DNA of 63,697 bases, filler included. It is 6 parts of 6 records of this genome, joined end to end, with 100 filler letters (N's around TTAATTAATTAA, not from the genome) between each part and the next. Parts side by side here need not be neighbours in the genome. Positions count along the whole stretch, not along the records: positions 1 to 10,483 come from SRR31156797_24707; positions 10,584 to 19,714 come from SRR31156797_24739; positions 19,815 to 29,552 come from SRR31156797_24740; 3 more parts are not named here. One strand, written 5' to 3'. Under the pieces are notes generated by a model. That model was not told where the DNA came from and ran no database searches. It saw nothing but the letters and a program-made list of their open reading frames with translations. Shown here piece by piece: positions 10,168 to 19,816 of this stretch. The position numbers and the translations under genes are program-made. Within the stretch, counting starts at the first letter, position 1. Every line of letters begins with the position of its first letter.

Positions 10168-10483
10168 TGTCAGAAAAAGCGTCTGTTTTCCGGCATCACA
10201 GTTTTTTCAACAGCTGGTTGGCGGCGGTGAGCATGATATCCCAAACCGGGCCGAAGGGCGGCCGCTCCATGGCCTCCGCCGGATGACCCCATCTGACCCT
10301 GCTTTTCCCTGAACACGGAAGCGCTTCCGACCACCAAAGCCTCCATTTCCCGGTTCCGGAAGAACGCCAGAGAAATATTTGAGGCCTTTTGAAGCCCGGA
10401 AATAATTCAGGGAAAGGGACATCATGTCCCCTTCCCGCTTTGTTGCCGATACCTGGTTAATATGGATGGAATTCCCTTACACG

Positions 10484-10583
10484 NNNNNNNNNNNNNNNNN
10501 NNNNNNNNNNNNNNNNNNNNNNNNNNNTTAATTAATTAANNNNNNNNNNNNNNNNNNNNNNNNNNNNNNNNNNNNNNNNNNNN
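10484..10583. other. Artificial contig linker
   Basis: N44-TTAATTAATTAA-N44 (stops in all six frames); identical in five places. Confidence 0.97.
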
Positions 10584-10584
10584 T

Positions 10585-10773
10585 ACCCTGACCCCCACCT
10601 TCAGCGTCTGCCCCGCCCACGGGTATATCCCGGGCGAGCATCCCACCTGCCCCAAGTGCGAGGAGGCCACCGAGGTCTACTCCAGGGTGGTCGGTTACCT
10701 GCGGCCCGTGAAGCAGTGGAACAACGGCAAGCAGACCGAGTTCTGCATGCGCAAGACCTTTAAGGTGGCATAG
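10585..10773 (+). CDS. nrdD: Anaerobic (class III) ribonucleotide reductase, C-terminal fragment, 5' truncated
   Basis: Manual translation TLTPTFSVCPAHGY..CPKC..EVYSRVVGYLRPVKQWN: zinc-binding CxxH/CxxC plus the glycyl radical RVVGY motif; directly upstream of nrdG. Confidence 0.92.
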   Translation, partial: TLTPTFSVCPAHGYIPGEHPTCPKCEEATEVYSRVVGYLRPVKQWNNGKQTEFCMRKTFKVA

Positions 10774-10775
10774 CC

Positions 10776-11480
10776 ATGAAAATCGGCGGTTTCCAGAAAA
10801 ATTCCATGATCGACTTTCCAGGGCTGATCTCATCGGTGATCTTCACCTCGGGCTGCAACTTTGTCTGCCCCTACTGCCACAACCCCGATCTGGCCGCGGG
10901 CCGGTTCCCGGAAGGGACCGAGCCCATTGACGAAGAGGCGGTATTCGCCTTTCTCAAGAAGCGCCAGGGACTGATCGACGGGGTTGTGATCACCGGCGGG
11001 GAACCCACCCTCCAGCCCGACCTGGAACGGGTCATCACCAGGATCAGAACCCTCGGGTTCAAGGTGAAGCTCGACACCAACGGAAGCCGCCCCGAAATTG
11101 TCGAGGCCCTGCTTGATAAAGGATTGCTGGACTATGTGGCCATGGATATCAAGGGCGATCGTGACGGATACCGCCTGGCTGCCGGAGAGCGGTTTGACAC
11201 CGGCACGGTCAAGGAGAGCGTCCGCATCATCATGGCCAAGGCACCGGCCTATGAGTTCCGGACCACCTGCGTCAAACCGCTGCTGACCAGGGAAAAGATG
11301 GCGGACATCGGAGAGCTGATCCAGGGCGCGGAGAATTATATCCTCCAGCCCTGCTCACAGGGAGTGAGTATGCTCAACCCCCGCTTTTTCACGGAAGGGG
11401 ACCGGTTTTTCTCAGATGACGAGATGCTCGCCCTCAAGGCCGAGGTGGAACCCTCGGTGCATCACTGCCATATACGCTAA
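10776..11480 (+). CDS. nrdG: Anaerobic RNR activating radical SAM protein
   Basis: GCNFVCPYCHN (CX3CX2C), ITGGEPTLQ, KLDTNGS, YEFRTT; follows nrdD. Confidence 0.92.
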   Translation: MKIGGFQKNSMIDFPGLISSVIFTSGCNFVCPYCHNPDLAAGRFPEGTEPIDEEAVFAFLKKRQGLIDGVVITGGEPTLQPDLERVITRIRTLGFKVKLDTNGSRPEIVEALLDKGLLDYVAMDIKGDRDGYRLAAGERFDTGTVKESVRIIMAKAPAYEFRTTCVKPLLTREKMADIGELIQGAENYILQPCSQGVSMLNPRFFTEGDRFFSDDEMLALKAEVEPSVHHCHIR

Positions 11481-11492
11481 TACGAGGACGGA

Positions 11493-12677
11493 ATGCAGAT
11501 GAAAAAGCGCCCATCCCCCCTGGTCTGGAAGCAAATCGACCTTGAGGCCATTGCCCACAACCTCAAGGTCCTGAAATCCCTCACCCGGCCCGGCACATCG
11601 GTCATGGCCGTTGTCAAGGCCGACGGATACGGCCACGGCGCGGTCCGGGTCGCCCAAACCGCCCTTGAAAACGGGGCGGACCGCCTGGCCGTGGCGCGGT
11701 TCCATGAAGCCCTGGAACTGAGGGAAGCGGGCATAACCGCCCCCATCCTCGTCCTGGGATACAACCGGGAAGATCACATCGAGCCCCTCATGGACCTGGA
11801 TATCACGGCCACGGTGTTTGACCTTGAAACCGCCCGGATGCTGTCTGAAAAGGCCGCAGCCAAAGGGGGCACCATCAAGGCCCACCTCAAGGTCGACACG
11901 GGCATGGGACGCCTGGGCATCCTGCCGGACGCAAGGAGAAGGGCGCCCGTGACAAAAGGGGAAGCCGCGGCCGAGGCGGCCGCCATTGCCGGAATGAAAG
12001 GCCTTGAGCTTGAAGGGATCTACACCCACTTTGCCTCGGCGGACAGCCGGGACAAGACCCATGCCGGGTACCAGAACGAGCTGTTTAAGGACTTTATCGA
12101 AGAGTTAAAGGCGCAGGGGATCGAATTTCCCCTGGTGCACGGGGCCAACAGCGCCGCCATCATGGAGCTGCCCCAGGCCCATTTCAGCATGGTCCGGGCC
12201 GGCATTGCCATGTACGGGCTGGCCCCCTCCGGGGAAGTGAAGACGGATCACCTGGGCCTGAAACCGGCCATGGAGATCCACAGCATTGTCACCTCGGTGA
12301 AAAAGGTGCCAAAGGCGTTCACGGTGAGTTACGGCATGACCTATGAAACCGAAGGCGAGAGCGTGATCGCCGCCGTGCCCGTGGGCTATGCCGACGGATA
12401 TTCACGGCAGCTCTCCTCCAAGGGAAGCATGCTGGTCCGGGGACAACGGGCCCCCATTGCGGGAAGGGTCTGCATGGACCAGACCCTGATCGATGTCGGC
12501 CATATTCCCGGTGTCAAACCCGGGGACAGGGTGGTGATCCTGGGGCACCAGGAAGAGGAGACCCTCCCTGCGGACGAGATCGCCCGCCTGACAAACACCA
12601 TCAACTACGAGGTCGTCTCCTCCCTCACGGCCCGGGTGCCGAAAATCTATTCAGGTTCAGGCGAGGATTGGGCGTAG
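11493..12677 (+). CDS. alr: Alanine racemase
   Basis: AVVKADGYGHG (PLP lysine), HLKVDTGMGRLG, YTHFA, GYADG, GRVCMDQ, TINYE. Confidence 0.96.
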   Translation: MQMKKRPSPLVWKQIDLEAIAHNLKVLKSLTRPGTSVMAVVKADGYGHGAVRVAQTALENGADRLAVARFHEALELREAGITAPILVLGYNREDHIEPLMDLDITATVFDLETARMLSEKAAAKGGTIKAHLKVDTGMGRLGILPDARRRAPVTKGEAAAEAAAIAGMKGLELEGIYTHFASADSRDKTHAGYQNELFKDFIEELKAQGIEFPLVHGANSAAIMELPQAHFSMVRAGIAMYGLAPSGEVKTDHLGLKPAMEIHSIVTSVKKVPKAFTVSYGMTYETEGESVIAAVPVGYADGYSRQLSSKGSMLVRGQRAPIAGRVCMDQTLIDVGHIPGVKPGDRVVILGHQEEETLPADEIARLTNTINYEVVSSLTARVPKIYSGSGEDWA

Positions 12678-13576
12678 ACCATCCTGCCTGACATGGAAAG
12701 GTCGTACCCGCCAAGGCTTACCGCGGCATCCTTGAAGAAATCCTCCTTAAGGGTGCCCAGGAACAGCTGAATTCCCTGGTCAAAGAACCGCTCCTTGGAG
12801 ACCAGCAGGTCAAACCGCTCCCAGCAGATGGGAACAAACCCCAGATCCAGGCGGTTTGCCACGGGCCGGATGCCCGGGCCCGCATCGGCCTCCCCCTCAT
12901 GGATGGCCAGCCCGATGTCCATGTGCTTTGCCCGGACATTCTCATACCCGGCAATGCTCTCCCCCTTGATGCCCGCTTCTTTCAACTCCTTGTCAAAGAG
13001 CTTCCGGGTGCCCGTGCCGAGAATCCGGTTGACCATGGTCACCTTCTTTTTGGCCAGGTCCGCAACGGAAGTGATGTTCAGAGGGTTGCCCTTTTTCACG
13101 AGGATGCCCTGCTCCCGCATGCAGAAGTTAACCACGGCCGGCATCCGTTCCATCTCCTTTAATATATAAGGAAAGTTATACTCGTCCCCCTCCCCGGCCA
13201 CCAGATGGCTGGAAGCGATATGGCAAAGGTTCTGGCGAAGGGCCCGAAGGCCCCCCATGCTCCCGGCAAAGCCGAACATGGCCATGTGATCCGGGAACCG
13301 TGTGTTGAAGGCGGAAATGGTCCGATCCAGCAGCAGGTCGTTGCTGCCCGCAATGAGCACCAGCCCGTGGTAGGGGGGCAACTTGGTGGCAGGCTCGGGA
13401 TAGTTCACCGTGCCCGCCTCGATCCACTGTTTGACAAGGTCCAGGGGAAAGAGCCACTTGCCCGTCACCTTGGTGGCCGGCAGCCCCTTGTCCGAGATCA
13501 GGGTATAGACCATCTTCTCATTGATATTGAGGAATTTAGCCACCTCTTTGGTTGAAAGCAGTTCAGTCATCATCAT
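12647..13576 (-). CDS. Excisionase-type HTH (HTH_17) fused to a PBP-like molybdate/tungstate-binding domain; putative regulator
   Basis: N-terminal LLSTKEVAKFL..GLPATKVTGKWLF; C-terminal GSND, GSMGGL, REQG, NRILGTGTR, ERFDL. Confidence 0.82.
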   Translation of the reverse strand: MMMTELLSTKEVAKFLNINEKMVYTLISDKGLPATKVTGKWLFPLDLVKQWIEAGTVNYPEPATKLPPYHGLVLIAGSNDLLLDRTISAFNTRFPDHMAMFGFAGSMGGLRALRQNLCHIASSHLVAGEGDEYNFPYILKEMERMPAVVNFCMREQGILVKKGNPLNITSVADLAKKKVTMVNRILGTGTRKLFDKELKEAGIKGESIAGYENVRAKHMDIGLAIHEGEADAGPGIRPVANRLDLGFVPICWERFDLLVSKERFFDQGIQLFLGTLKEDFFKDAAVSLGGYDLSMSGRMVYAQSSPEPE

Positions 13577-14096
13577 CCTCCTTGAGCCTTGGCAGTTCGT
13601 CGAATGTCATCATGGCCGACAGCACCTGGTCCGGCGTCATGGAACCGCATTGGACGGTCAGGTCGGCGTACTGTTCGTAGAGCGGGGTCCTCTCGTGGTA
13701 GAGCGCTGAAATGCCCTGGCCGGGAGAGCGGATCACTCCCCTGGAATCAAGGGACGAAAGCCGCTTTTCAAGATGATCAAGCCCTGTTTCAAGGTAGGCA
13801 ACCACCCCGGTTTTTGAGAGGTGCTCCATGCCCCGGTCGCTGTAGACCGCGCTGCCACCCGTTGCAATGACATGATCTGTAACGTTTAAAGAACAAAGAT
13901 ACTCCTGTTCCAGGGCCTTGAACCCTTTGCAGCCCCTTTCCTCGATGATCTCGGAAAGAAGCTTTCCCTCACCTGTCTGAATCAAAATATCCGTATCAAG
14001 GAACGACAGTCCTGTTTTTTTTGCCAGCAGAATTCCCAGGGTGCTCTTTCCCACCGCGGGCATCCCGATCAAAACGATATTTGTTTTCTTCTCCAT
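13563..14096 (-). CDS. aroK: Shikimate kinase
   Basis: GMPAVGKST Walker A, DTD, ATGGS, ERTPLY. Confidence 0.88.
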   Translation of the reverse strand: MEKKTNIVLIGMPAVGKSTLGILLAKKTGLSFLDTDILIQTGEGKLLSEIIEERGCKGFKALEQEYLCSLNVTDHVIATGGSAVYSDRGMEHLSKTGVVAYLETGLDHLEKRLSSLDSRGVIRSPGQGISALYHERTPLYEQYADLTVQCGSMTPDQVLSAMMTFDELPRLKEDDDD

Positions 14097-14245
14097 TCAC
14101 CAATCCCATTTTACAATAATTCATCATCTGCTTTTCCATATCATACTTGAACCCAAATCACCATGGTCCGGTGATCCTGCTTGACTTTATCGGCCATGCA
14201 AACTATTCATAAGGGCTGGAGTAACCAATAACCCATGATGATACT

Positions 14246-14773
14246 ATGAGACCAACCATAATCGCAATTGCAGGAAAATCGGGATCAGGCAAGACCACCC
14301 TCCTCGAGAGACTCATTCCCGTACTGAAGGACCGGGGGCACCGGCTGGGCACGGTCAAGCACGCCCACAAAAAATTCGAACTGGACAAAAAAGGCAAGGA
14401 TTCCTGGCGCCACAGGCAGGCCGGGGCCCATGCCACCCTGGTGGTCTCCCCGGAGACCATTGCCCTGGTCAAGGAACGGGAGGACGCCACCCTTGCGGAG
14501 CTGGTTCACCATCTTTCGGACATGGACCTTGTCATCGTCGAAGGGTTCAAGCAGGAGCGCCTGCCCAAGATAGAGATCTTCCGGACGGGCAGCGGCCACC
14601 AGGTGCCCCTCTGCCTTGACGACCCGGACCTTGCGGCCTTTGTGACCGATTCCCGTCATGCCCCGGCCGTACCGACCTTTGGCCTGGATGATATCGAGGC
14701 CCTGGCCGACTTTATCGAGGCCACCTTTATCCTGGCCGAAGAGATCCCCTTGAACCGAGAAAGCACCAATTGA
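14246..14773 (+). CDS. mobB: Molybdopterin-guanine dinucleotide biosynthesis protein B
   Basis: GKSGSGKTT, VKHAH, GKDSWRHRQAGA, DLVIVEGFK. Confidence 0.93.
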   Translation: MRPTIIAIAGKSGSGKTTLLERLIPVLKDRGHRLGTVKHAHKKFELDKKGKDSWRHRQAGAHATLVVSPETIALVKEREDATLAELVHHLSDMDLVIVEGFKQERLPKIEIFRTGSGHQVPLCLDDPDLAAFVTDSRHAPAVPTFGLDDIEALADFIEATFILAEEIPLNRESTN

Positions 14774-14779
14774 GGCCCC

Positions 14780-15577
14780 ATGGAACCCAAAGAACTTGAC
14801 CACTTAAAACAGCTGTTCCATGACTATGCGGACACCTTTATCGATCCCGACCGGAACGACGGCCCCTATCTGCTGAAGAAAAAGCATACCATCCGGGTGT
14901 GCGAGGAGATCCTGGGCCTGGGCCGGGAACTGGGACTGTCCCGGGAGGAGCTCGTCCTGGCCGAAGCCGTGGCCCTGCTCCACGACATCGGAAGGTTCGA
15001 GCAATTCAGGACCTACAACACCTTCCTGGACCTGGTCTCGGAAAACCATGCCCACCTCGGCCTCCGGATAATCGAGGAGATGAAGCTCCTCCATGGCCTG
15101 TCCGACCGGGACAAGGAACTCATCACCGACGCCGTCGGTTTTCACAATGCCGCATTTCTTCCCACGGACCGGGACGACACGGCCCTGTTCTTCATGAAAC
15201 TGATCCGGGATGCGGACAAACTGGATATCTGGCAGGTGGTGATCGACCACTACCGGTCCGCGTCCACAAACAACGACAAATTCATCGAACTCGGACTCAA
15301 GGATGACGGCGGGTACTCACAAGAGGCGTTCCAGGCCATCTTCCGGCACGAATTTGTAAAAAGCACCCATATCAAGCGGCTGAACGATTTCAAACTGATG
15401 CAGATCTCCTGGGTCTTTGACCTCAACTTCGCACCCTCCATTGCCCGGGTACAAGAGCGGCGCTACATCGAAGCGCTCGCGGCCACCCTGCCGGGCTGTG
15501 CCGACCTTGACAAGGCCCTTGACCACGTTTTCGACTACATGGATACCTATATAAATGACACTTGCAAGCCAAGTTAA
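14780..15577 (+). CDS. HD-domain phosphohydrolase
   Basis: KHTIRV, LLHDIGRFEQ, NHA, FHN, RDADKLD. Confidence 0.85.
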   Translation: MEPKELDHLKQLFHDYADTFIDPDRNDGPYLLKKKHTIRVCEEILGLGRELGLSREELVLAEAVALLHDIGRFEQFRTYNTFLDLVSENHAHLGLRIIEEMKLLHGLSDRDKELITDAVGFHNAAFLPTDRDDTALFFMKLIRDADKLDIWQVVIDHYRSASTNNDKFIELGLKDDGGYSQEAFQAIFRHEFVKSTHIKRLNDFKLMQISWVFDLNFAPSIARVQERRYIEALAATLPGCADLDKALDHVFDYMDTYINDTCKPS

Positions 15578-16409
15578 AGCAGCACTCTGCCTTTTTTTCA
15601 TATCAACGGCGCTCCTGGTTCCCTCCCTTCAGGCAGAAGAGGAGCACCAGTGCGTCACCCGATATGAACACGGCAGTGTCAACTGGAGCACAGGCTCGGT
15701 TCAAGCCACCGGCAAGGCCTCACCCGTGGAGAAGGGACTCGACATATCCCCGGACGCCATTCCCGGCAAGGCCAAGCAGGACGCCAGACGCAACCTGATC
15801 GAAATCCTCACCCGGATCGCCTTTGAAAATGAGAGCGAAGGCTCGCCCCCGCCCGGGGATACCATCATGGCGGGCATCGAGAAACTCGCCATGGATGCGG
15901 CCATTGCGGAACAGCACTTCACCTCGGACCGGGCCATGGAAGTGACCCTTGAGACGAAGATGTTCGGGGGCTTTCTCCAGCTGGTGCTGCCGGAGGAGAT
16001 CGGGGAGATCCCGCCCCTCAAGATCATTCCCCCGGAGGACGGGCCGAAAAAACCGATAGCCGGCAAGCAATACACCGGCCTCATCATCGACGCAAGAGGC
16101 CTTGGCATCCAGCCGTTGATCTATCCTGTGATCGTCAGCGAACAGGGGGACGAGGTCTACAGCGCCCGGTTCATCAGCCGGGAATTTGCGGTTCAGGAAG
16201 GGGTCTGCCAGTATGTCTGCACCCCGGACCATCCCCTGGTGACGGAAACCGCCGGCCCCGCCCCCCTGGTAATTCGGGGATTGAGAAAGGGGGGCAAAAC
16301 CAACCGGTTTATCGTCATCTCCAGATCCGATGCCGAAACCATCGAAAAAACCGCCGAGCGCCACGGGTTCATGAAACAATGCCGGGTGGTTATTGTGCTG
16401 GATCAATAA
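15555..16409 (+). CDS. Exported protein of unknown function (LPP20-like family suspected)
   Basis: Signal-peptide-like N-terminus, VNWSTG, YTGLIIDARGL; overlaps the preceding gene. Confidence 0.65.
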   Translation: MTLASQVKAALCLFFISTALLVPSLQAEEEHQCVTRYEHGSVNWSTGSVQATGKASPVEKGLDISPDAIPGKAKQDARRNLIEILTRIAFENESEGSPPPGDTIMAGIEKLAMDAAIAEQHFTSDRAMEVTLETKMFGGFLQLVLPEEIGEIPPLKIIPPEDGPKKPIAGKQYTGLIIDARGLGIQPLIYPVIVSEQGDEVYSARFISREFAVQEGVCQYVCTPDHPLVTETAGPAPLVIRGLRKGGKTNRFIVISRSDAETIEKTAERHGFMKQCRVVIVLDQ

Positions 16410-16438
16410 CCCAGGTTATTGTGCTGGGTCAATAACCC
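16388..16438. repeat. Tandem 25-bp duplication; each unit is a hairpin
   Basis: GGTTATTGTGCTGGATCAATAACCC (16388-16412) and GGTTATTGTGCTGGGTCAATAACCC (16414-16438), one mismatch. Confidence 0.9.
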
Positions 16439-17267
16439 TGTTGTCAATGAGCCGGGTGGTGCCGACCTTCACGGCCAGGGCCACCAGCACCGGGGCGGAA
16501 ACACGGTCCACATCCTCCAGGGTGTCGGGATCGCACACTGCCACGTAATCAATGGCGGTGTGATCAAATCCGGTGATCAGCTCAACCACCTTGGCCCGAA
16601 TGGCTCCGGCATCCGTCTCGCCCTCCCGGATCAGCCCTTCCGCCAGTTCAAGGGAGCGGGACAGACTTAAGCCCGAGGCCCTCTCATCCGGGGACAGATA
16701 GACGTTCCTCGAACTCATGGCCAACCCGTCCGCCTCCCTGACAATGGGATTGCCCACGATCCGGATATTGAAGTTGAGATCCTTCACCAGCTGGCGGATC
16801 ACCTGGAGCTGCTGAAAATCCTTGGCCCCGAACACCGCCACCTGGGGTCGTACGATATTGAACAGCTTGGTCACCACGGTGGCCACCCCCCCGAAATGAA
16901 CGGGCCGGTCCAGGCCGCACAGATGCCGGGGCAGGGAGGCAAGGGCCACACTGGTCTGGAAGCGGTCCGGATAGACCTCCTCCCGCGGGGGAGCAAACAC
17001 CACGGACGCCCCTTTTTCTTCGGCCAGCTTGAAATCCCTGTCAAGATCCACGGGATAGGCGTCCAGGTCCTCGTTCTCGCCAAACTGGGTGGGGTTGACA
17101 AAGAGACTCACCACCAGATGGTCGCACATCTGTCCTGCGGTCTCCATGAGACTTAAATGGCCCTCGTGAAAATATCCCATGGTGGGCACCAGCCCCACGG
17201 TTTCTCCCCGCTTTTGAACGGTCTCAGACCATTGCTGCATCTCTTCTACTTTCTTTATCACCTTCAT
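16416..17267 (-). CDS. panC: Pantoate-beta-alanine ligase
   Basis: VPTMGYFHEGH, FVNPTQF, RPVHFGGV, FGAKDFQQ, GLAMSSRN, RLIDN. Confidence 0.96.
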   Translation of the reverse strand: MKVIKKVEEMQQWSETVQKRGETVGLVPTMGYFHEGHLSLMETAGQMCDHLVVSLFVNPTQFGENEDLDAYPVDLDRDFKLAEEKGASVVFAPPREEVYPDRFQTSVALASLPRHLCGLDRPVHFGGVATVVTKLFNIVRPQVAVFGAKDFQQLQVIRQLVKDLNFNIRIVGNPIVREADGLAMSSRNVYLSPDERASGLSLSRSLELAEGLIREGETDAGAIRAKVVELITGFDHTAIDYVAVCDPDTLEDVDRVSAPVLVALAVKVGTTRLIDNRVIDPAQ

Positions 17268-19437
17268 CGGTCAACTCTTCCTTTATAGCTTTTCCCAGGT
17301 CAACAACAGTATAGGGCTTTTGGATAAAACTTCCGGCCCCAAGCTTCTGGATCTCAATAATATCCCGCTTTGTGGCATACCCGCTGGCCACCACGGCCCT
17401 CAGGCCCGGCGCGAGTTTCTTCATCTTTTTGTAAGTGGTAAACCCTCCTATGCCAGAATCCATGATCATGTCAAGCACAACCAGGTCGACCCGATGTTTT
17501 TTCAGGAACGCCAGGGCCTCATGGCCGCTGCCCACCCCATGGCTTTCATACCCGAGCAGATCCAGGGCGCGGCAGGCGATCTCCTGCTGGACAGGCAGGT
17601 CATCCACCACCAGCACGGTTTGGCCCGCTCCCATGACCTCGTCCATGGAGACCGCTTTGGGCTTTTCCACCCTTACCTGCCCCACGGAGGGGAAGAACAG
17701 GTCAAACCGGGTGCCCCTGGCGCCGGAGGAAATCTCCACATACCCCCCATGGTCCTGGACCGTGTTCCACACGATGGTGAGCCCCAGGCCGGTGCCGCTT
17801 CGGCCCATCTCCTTTTTCGAGTAAAAGGGCTCAAAGATCTTCCCAAGGGCGCTCTCCTTGATGCCGCAGCCGTTGTCACAAACGGTGATCACGTTGTACG
17901 CCCCGGGAATAACCCTTTCATACCCCTGGAGCGGGCCGGTAAGCCAGCGACCGGCCGTGGTAATCACCACCCGGCCGTCACGCTTGCCGGACACCTCTTC
18001 CACGGCGTTGATCACAAGGTTCATGAGGCTCTTTTCCATGTGAACGTAGGAGGCCCGGGCATTCAACGGCCCGGGGGCCAGTTCCACCGCCACCTCCACC
18101 TGGGGATGCAGGGCCGCAAGCCGATGGTATTCAGGTGAGTCCAGATAGTTTTCCACCATCCGGTTGATGTCGATCACCTCAAATTCCGCCGACCGTCCCC
18201 GGGAGATGGTGAGAAGATCGCCCACAATGTCGGCGGCCTTGCGCCCCGATTCCTTGATGGTGTTGAGTCCCTTTCTCACCGGTTCCTCAAGGGTCTCCCC
18301 CATGAGCAGGATCTCGGGGTAGGTGGCGATGCCGGACAGGATATTGTTCAGGTCATGGGCCACCCCGCTGGACAGCAATCCCAGGGCCTCCATCTTCTCG
18401 GCCCGGAACAGCCGTTCCCGCAAGGCCTCCTGCTTGCCCTCCAGCTGCTTTCTGCGGGTGATGTTCCGGATCGATCCCTGGAACAGGTTGTGGCCCGCCG
18501 GGTCATGGATCCGGGTGCCGGTCACCTCCACATGGATCCGGGTGCCGTCCTTGTGCAGCATCACCGACTCCACACTCAGATGCTTCCTTTTTTCGGGCGC
18601 CTCCCGGACAAACCGATCATAGGCCTCGACCATGTCCCAGGGGAGATGGTCCTTGAAGGAACAGCCGATCCACTCAGCCTGATCATATCCGAACATGGTC
18701 CGTACACTGGGACTGACATAGGTGAACCGCATCTCCCGGTCCAGAATCCAGATCATATCGACGGTATTGTCCGCCAGCAGCCGGAACTTCTTTCCCGACT
18801 CATCAATGGCCCGGACCAGCACGGCAAGGAGGAGGGTCAGCACCGTGTTGAGAAAAACAGAGGTCACGGAAATCACAAACCAGTCCTCAACCCTCAAAGG
18901 CAACATATTGGGCAGGACAATATGACCCCGGTAGTGGAGAATCCCCGCACCAAACAGGGTGACGGCATTCAGGCACAGGGTCGCCACCCCGCCCTTCACC
19001 CCGGTGAAAATCCCGGCAAAAACGGAAAAGCACAAAAAGCACAGCCGCGCGCTGCCGGCCATGCCCGTGGTGAACAGAAGAAACAGCCCCATAAAATAGA
19101 AAAAGAAAAGCCCGGTCCTGACCCTGACGCCAAAGGGAATGCGCCGGATAAGAATAAAGGCGACCACATAGATATAAAAACCGGTGTAGGCATACACCTT
19201 GAACCAGTCATGGCGTTGCACGGCATAGGCAAGCCCGGTGAGATAGGGAACGATCCCCAGGATCACCAGGGAGAGGAACAGCAGGAAAAACATCCGCTCC
19301 TTCCAGAAAAGGAGGCCCCCCCCGGTTTCATCGATGGAGACCTTCTGTTGGATCCGCTTTAAAAGCACGCTATCGCTCCATAGCTTCCTGGCCCGGGGCA
19401 AGGCAATCATCCGCCCCATGCAAGCCGGAACGCCCAC
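17224..19437 (-). CDS. Membrane hybrid sensor histidine kinase (TM-PAS-HisKA-HATPase-REC); true start may be slightly downstream
   Basis: About 6 TM helices, PAS (YVSPSV..GY), VAHDLNNIL, NLVINA, DNGCGI, FEPFYS, GTGLGL, REC VVDD..LDMIM. Confidence 0.92.
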   Translation of the reverse strand: MGVPACMGRMIALPRARKLWSDSVLLKRIQQKVSIDETGGGLLFWKERMFFLLFLSLVILGIVPYLTGLAYAVQRHDWFKVYAYTGFYIYVVAFILIRRIPFGVRVRTGLFFFYFMGLFLLFTTGMAGSARLCFLCFSVFAGIFTGVKGGVATLCLNAVTLFGAGILHYRGHIVLPNMLPLRVEDWFVISVTSVFLNTVLTLLLAVLVRAIDESGKKFRLLADNTVDMIWILDREMRFTYVSPSVRTMFGYDQAEWIGCSFKDHLPWDMVEAYDRFVREAPEKRKHLSVESVMLHKDGTRIHVEVTGTRIHDPAGHNLFQGSIRNITRRKQLEGKQEALRERLFRAEKMEALGLLSSGVAHDLNNILSGIATYPEILLMGETLEEPVRKGLNTIKESGRKAADIVGDLLTISRGRSAEFEVIDINRMVENYLDSPEYHRLAALHPQVEVAVELAPGPLNARASYVHMEKSLMNLVINAVEEVSGKRDGRVVITTAGRWLTGPLQGYERVIPGAYNVITVCDNGCGIKESALGKIFEPFYSKKEMGRSGTGLGLTIVWNTVQDHGGYVEISSGARGTRFDLFFPSVGQVRVEKPKAVSMDEVMGAGQTVLVVDDLPVQQEIACRALDLLGYESHGVGSGHEALAFLKKHRVDLVVLDMIMDSGIGGFTTYKKMKKLAPGLRAVVASGYATKRDIIEIQKLGAGSFIQKPYTVVDLGKAIKEELTDEGDKESRRDAAMV

Positions 19438-19531
19438 GCCCCACGATTACGAACAAGAGAATTGACTAATTCACCAATTGCCGATATTGATTCCTCATTG
19501 CATAAACCGATTAAAACTTCAAGGAGTTTCA

Positions 19532-19714
19532 ATGGAAACGATTCGACCGACCCGGCAGCAAGCCTTTGATCTGTTAAGGGAATTCAACCAATCCGAAAGC
19601 CTGATCCGCCACGGCCTCGCCGTGGAAGGCGTCATGGGCCATTTTGCGGAGAAATTCGGGGAAGACAAGGAGATGTGGCAGGTGATCGGCCTGGTCCACG
19701 ACCTGGATTATGAA
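19532..19714 (+). CDS. HDIG/HD-domain protein, 3' truncated
   Basis: AAGGAG RBS; LIRHGLAVEGVM..GLVHDLDYE runs into the linker. Confidence 0.8.
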
Positions 19715-19814
19715 NNNNNNNNNNNNNNNNNNNNNNNNNNNNNNNNNNNNNNNNNNNNTTAATTAATTAANNNNNNNNNNNNNNNNNNNNNNNNNNNNNN
19801 NNNNNNNNNNNNNN
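19715..19814. other. Artificial contig linker
   Basis: N44-TTAATTAATTAA-N44. Confidence 0.97.
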
Positions 19815-19816
19815 CG

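Noticed and set aside
10207-10425. 72-aa ORF upstream of the ABC exporter
   Set aside because: Low-complexity Arg/Gly/Pro-rich sequence with no motif; not supportable.
10528-10539. Recurrent TTAATTAATTAA as a biological repeat or CRISPR-like unit
   Set aside because: Always centred in N runs with identical geometry; a synthetic six-frame stop linker.
18355-19362. 335-aa plus-strand ORF
   Set aside because: Antisense to the hybrid kinase; no recognisable domain.
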